The notes under the pieces were generated by a model that saw nothing but the letters and a program-made list of their open reading frames with translations, had not been told where the DNA came from and did not search any database. Positions 36,402 through 46,687 of a DNA stretch of 64,000 nt are shown here, piece by piece (positions within the stretch are counted from its first letter, which is position 1; every line of letters begins with the position of its first letter). A program made the position numbers and the translations under genes. Source of the stretch: Pseudomonas aeruginosa PAO1 (lineage in GTDB: Bacteria; Pseudomonadota; Gammaproteobacteria; Pseudomonadales; Pseudomonadaceae); NCBI RefSeq assembly GCF_000006765.1, contig NC_002516.2; one strand, 5' to 3'.

Positions 36402-36806
36402 TTATGTTTCAACTGTATGTTTGTTATAGCTTTTGATAAGCGCCGCTCGACAGCGCTCCTCGGCAGTATCCAGTTCCAGCTGCATCTGTTCGATGTCCAG
36501 CAACTGTTGTTCCAGCTGGGCGCGGCGCTCGGCGATCTTCTCCAGCATGGTGTTCAACTGCTTCTGGTTGCCGCTGCTCGGGTCCGGGTCGTAGAGCTCG
36601 ATCAGTTCGCGGCATTCGGCGAGGGAAAAACCGATGCGCTTGCCGCGCAGGATCAGCTTCAGGCTGACCTTGTCGCGCGGCGAATAGATGCGTTCCTGGC
36701 CGCGTCGCTCGGGGGAGAGCAGGCCTTGCTCCTCGTAGAAGCGGATGGCGCGGGTGGTGATGTCCAGTTCGCGGGCGAGATCGGAGATGGTGTAGGTGAT
36801 GGACAT
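36402..36806 (-). CDS. liuR: MerR-family repressor of the liu operon
   Basis: YTISDLARELDITTRAIRFYEEQGLL, LILRGKRIGFSLAE. Confidence 0.93.
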   Translation of the reverse strand: MSITYTISDLARELDITTRAIRFYEEQGLLSPERRGQERIYSPRDKVSLKLILRGKRIGFSLAECRELIELYDPDPSSGNQKQLNTMLEKIAERRAQLEQQLLDIEQMQLELDTAEERCRAALIKSYNKHTVET

Positions 36807-36828
36807 GCGCTGGCACCTGCTTGTTTAC

Positions 36829-36846
36829 CTTTACGTTAACGTAAAG
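36829..36846. promoter_or_regulatory. LiuR operator
   Basis: Perfect 18-bp palindrome CTTTACGTTAACGTAAAG, 22 bp upstream of the liuR ATG; matches the TTTACGTwwACGTAAA LiuR consensus. Confidence 0.9.
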
Positions 36847-36998
36847 CTGCGCCGAAATCCTGTCAACGCCTGGAACGGGGGAAAAATGACAGCCGTGAAA
36901 GATGCTTGTCAGAAAGATTTAATCGGCGCCTCATGAAAGGGCGCGGATGGCTCTGTTCTGCTTCGCCGAACACTGTGTTTCTCGGAGGAGTCGTAACG

Positions 36999-37928
36999 AT
37001 GAGTCGGCTGATGACCTACAGGACGCTGCTGGCTTGCCTGCTCGCCGCGTTGCTTGCGCTGCTGGTGGCGGGCCAGCAGCAGCGCGCGTTCGAGCGAATC
37101 TGGTTCAAGCTGGAGCAGCGCTACGGCGGCGATGTTGCGCGCGAGAACGCCCTGCGCCTGGCCGACTATCGGGTCGATATCGAAGCCCGCGTGCTGGGCG
37201 CGGAGTCCAACGTGTCGGCGCTGTCCTTCGACCCCAGCCGGCGCAGCCTGGTCAGCGTGACCAACCAGGACCCGCATTTCCTCGAGCTGTCGCTGGACGG
37301 CGAATTGCTGCGACGCATCCCCCTGCGCGGTTTCCAGGATCCGGAGGCTATCGAGTACATCCGGCCCGGCGTCTACGTGGTCGCCGAGGAGCGTCGCCAA
37401 CGCCTGGTGGAGATCCATGTCGACGCCGACACCCGGGTGATCGACATCGACGATCCGCGCAACGCCCGGAAGTTCTCCCTGGGCAGTGCAAACAAGCGCA
37501 ACAAGGGCTTCGAGGGGTTGGCCTACGACCCGCTGCGCGAGCGCCTGTTCGTGGCCCGGGAAAAGGCGCCGGTGGGCATCATCGAGGTAAACGGCTTCTT
37601 CAACGACCGCGGCGAGGCGCTCGACCTGAGCGTCGGCGGCGACCCGCAGCGCGATCGCGGGTTGTTCCTCACCGATCTGTCGAGCCTCTACTACGACAAG
37701 GCCAGCGATCACCTGCTGGTGCTTTCCGACGAGTCGCGGGTGGTCATCGAACTGGATCGCGCCGGGGATCCGCTCGGCAGCCTGACCCTGCGTGGCGGCA
37801 ACCATGGCCTGACGGACGACGTGCCGCAGGCCGAAGGGTTGGCGATGGACGACCGGGGCAGCCTGTACGTGGTCAGCGAGCCGAACCTGTTCTACCGCTT
37901 CAGCCGAGCGCTGCCAGCGGCCGACTAG
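36999..37928 (+). CDS. SdiA-regulated/YjiK-like beta-propeller protein with N-terminal membrane segment, 309 aa
   Basis: GGAGGAG SD; repeated blade motifs NVSALSFD, DPEAIEY, GFEGLAYD, DLSSLYYD, QAEGLAMD. Confidence 0.75.
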   Translation: MSRLMTYRTLLACLLAALLALLVAGQQQRAFERIWFKLEQRYGGDVARENALRLADYRVDIEARVLGAESNVSALSFDPSRRSLVSVTNQDPHFLELSLDGELLRRIPLRGFQDPEAIEYIRPGVYVVAEERRQRLVEIHVDADTRVIDIDDPRNARKFSLGSANKRNKGFEGLAYDPLRERLFVAREKAPVGIIEVNGFFNDRGEALDLSVGGDPQRDRGLFLTDLSSLYYDKASDHLLVLSDESRVVIELDRAGDPLGSLTLRGGNHGLTDDVPQAEGLAMDDRGSLYVVSEPNLFYRFSRALPAAD

Positions 37929-37950
37929 GGTGGGAAAAGGACGGCGGAAT

Positions 37951-38169
37951 TCAGGCTTGCGCGCCGGATAGCGCCGGCGCGTAGCCGATCATCTGTCGCA
38001 GCAGCGGGTCGGTGAACTGCTGTTGCCAGTCGTCCAGCTTGCCCCGAAGGTCGGGGCCGCTGGCCGGAACGATGGGGGCCGCGCGCGGCTGGCGAGGCGT
38101 CGGCGGGCAGGCGCCGAGCAGCCCGACGCACAGTGCCAGGGTGGGGAGCGAGAGTTTCGCTAGGGGCAT
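37951..38169 (-). pseudogene. oprA: Truncated outer-membrane-factor gene remnant (72 codons)
   Basis: ATG overlaps the mexY stop (TGATG); lipoprotein signal LALCVGLLGA-C; OMF-like N-terminal DWQQQFTDPLLRQMI, then similarity ends. Confidence 0.8.
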
Positions 38170-41100
38170 CAGGCTTGCTCCGTGGGGATCTGGGGCGAGT
38201 TGCCGGTGCGCGGCGCCTTGCGCAACCGGAACAGGCGCCCGACCACCAGGAAGAACAGCGGTACCAGGAACACCGCGAGTACCGTGGCGGTGACGATCCC
38301 GCCGAGCACCCCGGTGCCGATGGCGACCTGGGCGCCGGAACCGGCGCCGCTGGAGAGCGCCAGCGGGACCACGCCGAAACCGAACGCCAGCGAGGTCATG
38401 ACGATCGGTCGCAGGCGCAGGCGCGCGGCCTCCAGGGTCGCCTGCAGCAGGCTCATGCCTTCCTGGTAATGGTCCTTGGCCACCTCGATGATGAGGATGG
38501 CGTTCTTCGCCGAGAGGCCGATGATGGTGATCAGGCCGACCTTGAAGTAGATGTCGTTGGGCAGACCGCGCAGGCTCACCCCGAGCAGTGCGCCGAGTAC
38601 GCCCAGCGGCACCACCAGGATCACCGCCAGCGGGATCGACCAGCTTTCGTAGAGGGCGGCCAGGGCGAGGAACACGATCAACACCGAGAGGGCGAACAGC
38701 GCCGGCGCCTGGGCGCCGGACAGGCGTTCTTCGAAGGACTGGCCGGACCACTCGTGGGCGATGCCCTCGGGCAGTCCCTGCATCAATTGCTCCATCGCCT
38801 GCATGGCTTCGCCGCTGCTGTAGCCCGGCGCGGCCTGGCCCTCGAGGTTGAACGAGGGATAGCCGTTGTAGCGGGTCAGTTGCGGCGGGCCGAGGGTCCA
38901 GGCGGCCTTGGCGAACGTCGCCAGCGGCACCATCTCGCCCTGCTCGTTGCGCACGTGAAGCCGGCCGATGTCGTCGATGCCCAGGCGCTTGGCGCCGTCG
39001 GCCTGGACCACCACCTTGCGCACCTGGCTGCCGTGCATGAAGTCGCCGATGTAGTCCGAGCCGAACATCACCGCCAGGGTGGTGTTGATCTCGTCCATGC
39101 TCACGCCAAGGGTCTCCGCCTTGCGCCGGTCGATGTCCAGGCGGATCTGCGGCGCCTCGCCCTGGCCGGCGAACATCACGTTGGCCAGGCGCGGGTCCTC
39201 GGCGGCGCGCGCCAGCAACTGGTCGCGGGCCTTGACCAGGGCCTCGTAGCCAACCCCGCCACGGTCCTGCAGGCGGAAGTCGAAGCCGCTGGTGGAACCC
39301 AGGTCCGGCAGCGGCGGCGAGTTCATCGCATACACCGTACGGTTGGGCAGGCCGGCGAAGCGCTGGTTGATGCGCTCGACGATGGCGCCGACGTGCTGGC
39401 TGGCCTCCCGGCGTTCCGACCAGTCCTTCAGGGTGGCGAAGATCATCGCCGAGCTGGTGCCGTCGCCGTACAGGCTGAAGCCGCCGACCGCATAGGCGTA
39501 GGCCACCGGTTCGTGCTCCGCCAGGTAGCGCTCGACGTCGCCGACGTTGGCCATGGTCTCCGCCATCGGCGTGCCTTCGGGCTGCATCACCATGATCATG
39601 AAGTCGCCCTGGTCCTCTTCCGGCAGGAACGCCTGCGGCAGGCGCACGAAGAGCAGGGCGACCACGCCGATGACCAGGGTGTAGACCAGCATCCAGCGGA
39701 TCGGCCGGGCGAGGATGCCGGCCACCGCGTTGCGGTAGCGTCCGGTCAGGCGCAGGAAGGCGCGGTTGAACCAGCCGAAGAAGCCGCGCTTCTCGTGGTG
39801 GTCGGCGTCGATCGGGCGCAGCAGGGTGGCGCACAGGGCCGGGGTCAGCGACAGCGCGAGGAACGCCGAGAAGCCGATGGAGACCGCCAGGGTCACCGCG
39901 AACTGGCGGTAGATGTTGCCCACCGCGCCGCTGAAGAACGCCATCGGCACGAACACCGAGACCAGCACTACGGTGATGCCGACGATGGCCCCGCTGATCT
40001 GGCGCATCGCCTTGACCGTGGCGTCGTGCGGCGACAGGCCTTCCTCGGCCATCAGCCGCTCGACGTTCTCCACCACGATGATCGCGTCGTCCACCAGGAT
40101 GCCGATCGCCAGGACCATGCCGAACATGGTCAGCACGTTGATCGAGAAGCCCAGGCCGAGCATCACCGTGAAGGTGCCCAGCAGGGCCACCGGCACCACC
40201 AGTGTCGGGATCAGGGTGGCGCGGAAGTTCTGCATGAACAGGTACATCACGGCGAACACCAGCAGCATCGCCTCGAGCAGGGTGCTGACCACCTTCCTGA
40301 TCGAGATCTCGACGAACGCCGAGGTGTCATAGGGGATGTTGTAGCTCACGCCCTCCGGGAAGTAGCGCGACAGCTCGTCGAGGGTGGCGCGGATGCGCTT
40401 GGCGGTGGCCACCGCGTTGGAGCCGGGCGCCATCTTCACCGCCAGGCCGGTGGCGGTCATTTGGTTGACCCGCGAGACGAAGCCGTACTCGCTCTGGCCG
40501 AACTCGACGCGGGCCACGTCGCGCAGGCGGATCGCGCCGCCGTCGGCGCGGATGCGCAGCGGAATTTCGCCGAACTGCTCGGGCGTCACCAGGGTGTCGT
40601 CGACCTTCACCGTGGCGCTGATCGGCGCCGAGTCGGGGACCCCGAGGTTGCCGATGTCGCCCACGGTGAGGCGGGCGTTGTGCCGGCGCACGGCGTTGAC
40701 CAGGTCGCTGGCGCTGAGGTTCATCGAGGTCAGCTTGGCCGGGTCGGGCCAGATGCGCATGGCGTACTCGGCGCCCCAGGTCTCGACCTTGCCCACGCCC
40801 TCCACCCGGCGCAGCGCCTGCAACACGTTGGACGAGGCGATCTCGCCCAGCTCCATGGCGTCGTAGCGGCCGCTGGAGGAGGTAAGGGTAACGATCAGCT
40901 GGATGCTGTCCGCCGCCTTCTCCACGTAGATGCCGTCGCGCCGCACCGATTCGGGCAGGCGCGACTCGACGATCTTCAGGCGGTTCTGCACTTCCACCGC
41001 GGCGAGGTCGGCGTTCACGCCCTGGCGGAAGGTCAGGGTCAGCGAGGCCTGGCCGGTGCTGCTGGTGGCCTTGGTGTAGAGCAGGCCGGGCGCGCCGTTC

Positions 41101-41306
41101 ATCTCGCGCTCGATGATCGCGGTCACCGCTTCCTCGACCACCTTGGCCGAGGCGCCGGGATAGCTGGCGCTGACGTTGACCACCGGCGGCGCGATGTCCG
41201 GGTACTGGGCGACCGGCAGGAAGCGGATCGCCAGGACCCCGGCGAGCACGATCAGCAGGGAGATCACCCAGGCGAAGACCGGCCGGTCAATGAAGAAACG
41301 AGCCAT
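38169..41306 (-). CDS. mexY: RND multidrug/aminoglycoside efflux transporter
   Basis: MARFFIDRPVFAWVI, GILVDDAIIVVENVER, KNAILIIE, RLRPIVMTSLAF. Confidence 0.97.
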   Translation of the reverse strand: MARFFIDRPVFAWVISLLIVLAGVLAIRFLPVAQYPDIAPPVVNVSASYPGASAKVVEEAVTAIIEREMNGAPGLLYTKATSSTGQASLTLTFRQGVNADLAAVEVQNRLKIVESRLPESVRRDGIYVEKAADSIQLIVTLTSSSGRYDAMELGEIASSNVLQALRRVEGVGKVETWGAEYAMRIWPDPAKLTSMNLSASDLVNAVRRHNARLTVGDIGNLGVPDSAPISATVKVDDTLVTPEQFGEIPLRIRADGGAIRLRDVARVEFGQSEYGFVSRVNQMTATGLAVKMAPGSNAVATAKRIRATLDELSRYFPEGVSYNIPYDTSAFVEISIRKVVSTLLEAMLLVFAVMYLFMQNFRATLIPTLVVPVALLGTFTVMLGLGFSINVLTMFGMVLAIGILVDDAIIVVENVERLMAEEGLSPHDATVKAMRQISGAIVGITVVLVSVFVPMAFFSGAVGNIYRQFAVTLAVSIGFSAFLALSLTPALCATLLRPIDADHHEKRGFFGWFNRAFLRLTGRYRNAVAGILARPIRWMLVYTLVIGVVALLFVRLPQAFLPEEDQGDFMIMVMQPEGTPMAETMANVGDVERYLAEHEPVAYAYAVGGFSLYGDGTSSAMIFATLKDWSERREASQHVGAIVERINQRFAGLPNRTVYAMNSPPLPDLGSTSGFDFRLQDRGGVGYEALVKARDQLLARAAEDPRLANVMFAGQGEAPQIRLDIDRRKAETLGVSMDEINTTLAVMFGSDYIGDFMHGSQVRKVVVQADGAKRLGIDDIGRLHVRNEQGEMVPLATFAKAAWTLGPPQLTRYNGYPSFNLEGQAAPGYSSGEAMQAMEQLMQGLPEGIAHEWSGQSFEERLSGAQAPALFALSVLIVFLALAALYESWSIPLAVILVVPLGVLGALLGVSLRGLPNDIYFKVGLITIIGLSAKNAILIIEVAKDHYQEGMSLLQATLEAARLRLRPIVMTSLAFGFGVVPLALSSGAGSGAQVAIGTGVLGGIVTATVLAVFLVPLFFLVVGRLFRLRKAPRTGNSPQIPTEQA

Positions 41307-41321
41307 TCGTAGCGTTCTCCG

Positions 41322-42512
41322 TCACTGGCCCGCCGGCGAGGCGGCCAGCGGTGAGGGGGCGTCGGCGCTGGCCGGCTGGCGGACCACCGCCTGGACGCTG
41401 GAGCCGGCGGCATGCTGGGCGGCGTTCTCGACGATCACCCACTCGCCGCCCTTGAGCCCGCGGCTGATGATCCAGTCGCGGCCCTGCAGGGTGTCGGCGC
41501 GGACCTCCACGTCTTCCACCAAGCCCTTTGGGTTGACCACCTTGACCACGGCGGACTGGGCGGTACGGATCAGCGCGTCGCGCGGGACGGTGATCGCCTG
41601 CGGGTTCACCGCGCGCTGCAGGCGCACCTGCACGTAGCCGCCGGGCAGCAATTCGCGATGCGGATTGCGGAACAGGGCACGCATGGCGATGGTGTCGGTG
41701 CCGGGGTCGACCGCCAGGTCGGAGAACAGCAGCTCGCCGGCCAGCGGGTACTCGCTGCCGTCGGCCAGGACCAGGCGCACGGCGATGTCCTTGTCGGCGA
41801 CACCCTTCACCTGGCCTTCGCGGATCGCCCGCTGCATGGCGGCGACTTCGCCGGCCGGCTGGGAGAAGTTCACGTAGATCGGATCGATCTGCTCGACGCG
41901 GGTCAGCGGTGTCGGCGAGTCCTCGCCGACCAGCGCGCCTTCGGTGACCAGCGCACGCCGCGCGCGGCCGTCGATCGGCGCGGTGACCGTGGCGTAGCCC
42001 AGGCGCAGGCGGGCCTGCTCCAGTTCGGCCTTGGCCGAGGCGATCTGCGCCAGGGCCTGGCGCGCGTCGGTCTGCGCTTCGGTGTACTCGCGTTCGCTGA
42101 TGGCGCGGTCCTTGATCAGGTCGGCGTAGCGCTTGAGCTTGTCGGCCGCCGCCGCGTGGCTGGCCTCGGCCCGGGCCAGGGCGCCGCGGCTGATGTCCAG
42201 GGCCGCCTTCAAGGGCGCAGGGTCGATCTGGAACAGCACGGTGCCGGCGCGGACGTCCTGGCCTTCCTCGTACAGGCGACGGGTGACGATGCCGGCGACG
42301 CGCGCCCGCACTTCAGCCTGGCGGTACGCTTCCAGGCGTCCGGGCAGCTCGCTGGTGATGCCGATAGGCGCCGGCCTGGCGACGATCACGCCGACCTCGG
42401 CGGGGGCCTCCGCAGTCTTCCCGGCGTCCGCTGCTTCTTCGCAGCCCAGCAGGAATAGGGCGACCAGGGCCGCCAGCAGCCCGCGCAGCGAGCCGGTCCA
42501 TTGGATGTGCAT
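41322..42512 (-). CDS. mexX: RND periplasmic adaptor lipoprotein, 396 aa
   Basis: MHIQWTGSLRG..LLGC lipobox, EVRARVAGIV, VTAPIDG. Confidence 0.96.
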   Translation of the reverse strand: MHIQWTGSLRGLLAALVALFLLGCEEAADAGKTAEAPAEVGVIVARPAPIGITSELPGRLEAYRQAEVRARVAGIVTRRLYEEGQDVRAGTVLFQIDPAPLKAALDISRGALARAEASHAAAADKLKRYADLIKDRAISEREYTEAQTDARQALAQIASAKAELEQARLRLGYATVTAPIDGRARRALVTEGALVGEDSPTPLTRVEQIDPIYVNFSQPAGEVAAMQRAIREGQVKGVADKDIAVRLVLADGSEYPLAGELLFSDLAVDPGTDTIAMRALFRNPHRELLPGGYVQVRLQRAVNPQAITVPRDALIRTAQSAVVKVVNPKGLVEDVEVRADTLQGRDWIISRGLKGGEWVIVENAAQHAAGSSVQAVVRQPASADAPSPLAASPAGQ

Positions 42513-42591
42513 GGGTGTCCCTCGATTCGTGAACTCGCGAGCTTGCCCGGGAAAGGGCACCGCAACTCACGAGCGGCGCGACAGTAGCATA

Positions 42592-42611
42592 TAATCAATC
42601 ATGAGTGATTA
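42592..42611. promoter_or_regulatory. 20-bp imperfect palindrome, probable MexZ operator
   Basis: TAATCAATCATGAGTGATTA (one mismatched pair) in the AT-rich mexX/mexZ divergent region. Confidence 0.7.
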
Positions 42612-42676
42612 ATTAATTGGCGTTTCTGTAACATATCCTTATGATCTGCGGCGCCTTTCCCTTGTGAGGACGTTCA

Positions 42677-43309
42677 GTGGCCAGGAAAACCAAAGAGGAA
42701 TCCCAGAAAACCCGCGACGGCATACTCGATGCCGCCGAGCGGGTTTTCCTGGAAAAGGGCGTGGGCACCACTGCCATGGCCGACCTGGCGGACGCCGCCG
42801 GGGTTTCTCGCGGTGCGGTCTACGGCCACTACAAGAACAAGATCGAGGTCTGCCTGGCGATGTGCGACCGCGCCTTCGGCCAGATCGAGGTACCCGACGA
42901 AAACGCCAGGGTGCCGGCGCTGGATATCCTCCTGCGCGCCGGCATGGGCTTTCTCCGCCAGTGCTGCGAGCCCGGTTCGGTGCAGCGGGTGCTGGAGATC
43001 CTCTACCTCAAGTGCGAACGCAGCGACGAGAACGAGCCGCTGTTGCGCCGCCGCGAGCTGCTCGAGAAGCAGGGGCAACGCTTCGGCCTCCGGCAGATCC
43101 GCCGGGCGGTGGAACGCGGCGAACTGCCGGCGCGGCTGGACGTCGAGCTGGCCAGCATCTATCTGCAATCGCTCTGGGACGGCATCTGCGGCACCCTGGC
43201 CTGGACCGAGCGCCTGCGCGACGATCCCTGGAACCGCGCCGAACGCATGTTCCGCGCCGGCCTCGACAGCCTGCGCAGTTCTCCCTACCTGTTGCTGGCG
43301 GACGCCTGA
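42677..43309 (+). CDS. mexZ: TetR-family repressor of mexXY (GTG start), intact 210 aa
   Basis: MARKTKEESQKTRDGILDAA..AGVSRGAVYGHYKNK. Confidence 0.96.
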   Translation: MARKTKEESQKTRDGILDAAERVFLEKGVGTTAMADLADAAGVSRGAVYGHYKNKIEVCLAMCDRAFGQIEVPDENARVPALDILLRAGMGFLRQCCEPGSVQRVLEILYLKCERSDENEPLLRRRELLEKQGQRFGLRQIRRAVERGELPARLDVELASIYLQSLWDGICGTLAWTERLRDDPWNRAERMFRAGLDSLRSSPYLLLADA

Positions 43310-43314
43310 GGGCG

Positions 43315-43539
43315 TCAATCGTCCGCCATCAGGTGCCTGCGCTGGTCCTCGGCGCCGGCGACCACCAGCCGCTGGGCGTCTTCCTCGCTGATGTGCAGGC
43401 GCTTGCCGTCGATGTAGAGCACCGACAGGCGCGCCTCGGCGTCGGTACCGATGCGCAGGCTGTCGACCGGCGCGCGATGCCGGCTGCCTTCGATCTCCAC
43501 GCTGCAGACGCCTTGTTCCGAATCGATTTCGATGGACAT
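43315..43539 (-). CDS. Small acidic hypothetical protein (DUF3203-like), 74 aa
   Basis: GGAGG SD, typical codon usage; function not evident. Confidence 0.7.
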   Translation of the reverse strand: MSIEIDSEQGVCSVEIEGSRHRAPVDSLRIGTDAEARLSVLYIDGKRLHISEEDAQRLVVAGAEDQRRHLMADD

Positions 43540-43692
43540 GGGAGCCTCCTGTTTTTTCCGCCTACCTTGGGTGGACCCCGGGCATCCGCGCGGGTTCTGT
43601 CACGGTAGCTTCACGCCAGCGTCACGCGCCTGCCACCGCGCTTGGCTGCAATCGTCCGCAGAGAGAGGGCGAGGCCAGCGGAGGACGACGCC

Positions 43693-45054
43693 ATGCGGCT
43701 ATGCGTGATTGGTGCGGGCTATGTGGGACTGGTGACGGCGGCCTGTTTCGCCGAGATGGGCAACCAGGTGCGTTGCGTGGAGCGTGACCGCGAGCGGGTC
43801 GCGCGGCTGAGACGCGGCGAGATGCCGATCTACGAACCGGGCCTGGAAAGCATCCTGCGCGATCAGCTGGACGCCGCCCGCCTGACCTTCACCGCCAGCC
43901 TGGCGGAAGGCCTGGCCGACGCCGAAGTGGTGTTCATCGCCGTCGGCACGCCGTGCGGCGAGGACGGCTCGGCCGACCTCAGCCACGTGCTGGCGGTCGC
44001 CGAGCAACTTGGCGCGCAACTGCGCCAGGCCTGCATCGTGGTCAACAAGTCGACCGTGCCGGTGGGCACCGCCGAACGGGTCGAAGAGATCATCCGCCTG
44101 GGCCTGGCGCGCCGGCGCAAGCGCTTCCGGGTGGCGGTGGCGAGCAATCCGGAGTTCCTCAAGGAAGGTTCGGCGGTGGACGACTTCAGGCGCCCGGACC
44201 GGGTCATCATCGGCAGCGCCGAGACGCAGGCCGGGGAAACCCTGCGCCAGCTCTACGCGCCGTTCCTGCGCAATCACGAGCGGGTCCTGCTGATGGGGCG
44301 CCGCGAGGCCGAGTTCAGCAAGTACGCGGCCAATGCCTTCCTCGCCACCAAGATTTCCTTCATGAACGAGATGGCCGGGCTGTGCGCCCTCACCGGCGTC
44401 GACATCGAGGACGTGCGCCGCGGCATGGGTAGCGACAAGCGCATCGGTACCCATTTCATCTACGCCGGCTGCGGCTACGGCGGCTCGTGCTTTCCCAAGG
44501 ACGTCCGCGCGCTGATCCGCAGCGCCGAGCAGCAGGGCTACGACAGCCAGATACTGCGCGCGGTGGAAGCGCGCAACGCGCGGCAGAAGGAGCTGCTCTT
44601 CGAGACCCTCGGCGAGCTGTTCCAGGGACGCTGGCAAGGGCGCACGGTGGCGCTCTGGGGGCTGGCCTTCAAGCCGGGTACCGACGACCTGCGCGAGGCG
44701 CCGAGCCTGGTCCTGCTGGAGGCGCTGCTGCGCCACGGGGTGCGGGTCAGGGCCCATGATCCGGTGGCCAACGCCGGGGTCGCGGCACGCTATCCGGAAG
44801 CTGTGGCCTGCGCCCGATTGACGCTCCACGACTCGCCCTACGCGGCCGTCGAGGGCGCCGATGCCCTGGTGCTGGTGACCGAGTGGAAACAGTTCCGCCA
44901 GCCGGACTTCCAGAAAATCCGTGGATCCATGCGAACTCCCCTGTTGGTCGACGGTCGGAATCTCTACGCACCGGCGCGGATGGCGGAACTGGGCTTCATC
45001 TACCAGGGCATAGGACGTCCAAGGGCCGGGCATTGTAAGGCGAGCGCAGCCTGA
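43693..45054 (+). CDS. ugd: UDP-glucose 6-dehydrogenase
   Basis: GAGYVG, FIAVGTP, KSTVPVGT, NPEFLKEG, GYGGSCFPKD, GLAFKP. Confidence 0.9.
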   Translation: MRLCVIGAGYVGLVTAACFAEMGNQVRCVERDRERVARLRRGEMPIYEPGLESILRDQLDAARLTFTASLAEGLADAEVVFIAVGTPCGEDGSADLSHVLAVAEQLGAQLRQACIVVNKSTVPVGTAERVEEIIRLGLARRRKRFRVAVASNPEFLKEGSAVDDFRRPDRVIIGSAETQAGETLRQLYAPFLRNHERVLLMGRREAEFSKYAANAFLATKISFMNEMAGLCALTGVDIEDVRRGMGSDKRIGTHFIYAGCGYGGSCFPKDVRALIRSAEQQGYDSQILRAVEARNARQKELLFETLGELFQGRWQGRTVALWGLAFKPGTDDLREAPSLVLLEALLRHGVRVRAHDPVANAGVAARYPEAVACARLTLHDSPYAAVEGADALVLVTEWKQFRQPDFQKIRGSMRTPLLVDGRNLYAPARMAELGFIYQGIGRPRAGHCKASAA

Positions 45055-45101
45055 TTAGACTGCGCGCCATCCGCATACTTCGTCCATGTCGAAGGATTCT
45101 C

Positions 45102-45941
45102 ATGATCAAGAAATGTCTTTTCCCGGCCGCCGGTTACGGCACCCGTTTCCTCCCCGCCACCAAGGCCATGCCCAAGGAAATGCTGCCGGTGGTGAACAAG
45201 CCGCTGATCCAGTACGCGGTGGAGGAGGCGCTGGAAGCCGGCCTTTCCGAGATCGGCATCGTCACCGGCCGCGGCAAGCGTTCGCTGGAAGACCACTTCG
45301 ACATCAGCTACGAGCTGGAACACCAGATCCGCAACACCGACAAGGAAAAGTACCTGGTCGGCATCCGTCGGCTGATCGACGAGTGCACCTTCGCCTACAC
45401 CCGCCAGGTGGAGATGAAGGGCCTCGGCCACGCCATCCTCACCGGTCGTCCGCTGATCGGCGACGAGCCGTTCGCCGTGGTCCTGGCCGACGACCTGTGC
45501 CTGAACCTCGAAGGCGACAGCGTGCTGAAGCAGATGGTCAAGCTGTACAACCAGTTCCGCTGCTCCATCGTGGCGATCCAGGAAGTGCCGCCGGAAGAGA
45601 CCAACAAGTACGGCGTGATCGCCGGCGAGATGATCCGCGACGATATCTTCCGGGTGAACACCATGGTCGAGAAGCCGAAGCCGGAAGAGGCGCCGTCGAA
45701 CCTGGCGATCATCGGCCGCTACATCCTGACCCCGGACATCTTCGACCTGATCGAGCAGACTGAACCGGGCAAGGGCGGCGAGATCCAGATCACCGATGCC
45801 CTGATGAAGCAGGCCCAGGACGGCTGCGTGCTGGCCTACAAGTTCAAGGGCAAGCGTTTCGACTGCGGCAGCGCCGAGGGTTACATCGAGGCGACCAACT
45901 TCTGCTACGAAAACCTCTACAAGACCGGCAAGGCTCACTGA
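45102..45941 (+). CDS. galU: UTP-glucose-1-phosphate uridylyltransferase
   Basis: PAAGYGTRFLPATKAMPKEMLP, GLGHA, GEIQITDAL. Confidence 0.97.
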   Translation: MIKKCLFPAAGYGTRFLPATKAMPKEMLPVVNKPLIQYAVEEALEAGLSEIGIVTGRGKRSLEDHFDISYELEHQIRNTDKEKYLVGIRRLIDECTFAYTRQVEMKGLGHAILTGRPLIGDEPFAVVLADDLCLNLEGDSVLKQMVKLYNQFRCSIVAIQEVPPEETNKYGVIAGEMIRDDIFRVNTMVEKPKPEEAPSNLAIIGRYILTPDIFDLIEQTEPGKGGEIQITDALMKQAQDGCVLAYKFKGKRFDCGSAEGYIEATNFCYENLYKTGKAH

Positions 45942-45962
45942 GCCTCGCCGTTCCCGATGAAG

Positions 45963-45996
45963 AACGCCGCGTCCCCGATGGGGGCGCGGCGTTTTT
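45963..45996 (+). terminator. Intrinsic terminator after galU
   Basis: AACGCCGCGTCCCC-GAT-GGGGGCGCGGCGTT-TTT. Confidence 0.85.
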
Positions 45997-46001
45997 CGTA
46001 T

Positions 46002-46082
46002 GGGGCGAACGGCCATGGGGGTATCCGCCCTACCTGAGCTGTCGGCGGGCGTGGCGTTGTTGGCGTCGGGCGAATAACCCCG
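46002..46082. repeat. Degenerate GTAG-type REP copies
   Basis: GTATCCGCCCTAC at 46021-46033 and GGGCGAATAACC at ~46068-46079; stems are decayed. Confidence 0.55.
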
Positions 46083-46120
46083 CCAGCCTGGCCTGGGCCA
46101 CGCGGCGCCTCCGTGCCCGG

Positions 46121-46543
<423 letters not shown>

Positions 46544-46687
46544 CGCGCTTACCTCCACGGACAAGCATAGCCCATCGCCTGCCAGGCCCTGCGCTGAGCC
46601 GTTTCGACAGGTTTCTGCGTCGATCCGGCGGGAGCCGACGCTGGTGAATGGGTTATGCTGGAACGCATCTGATCCAGGAGTAGGAAC

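Noticed and set aside
36811-36826. TGGCAC sigma-54-like motif near liuR
   Set aside because: No GC at -12 and on the wrong strand for liuR
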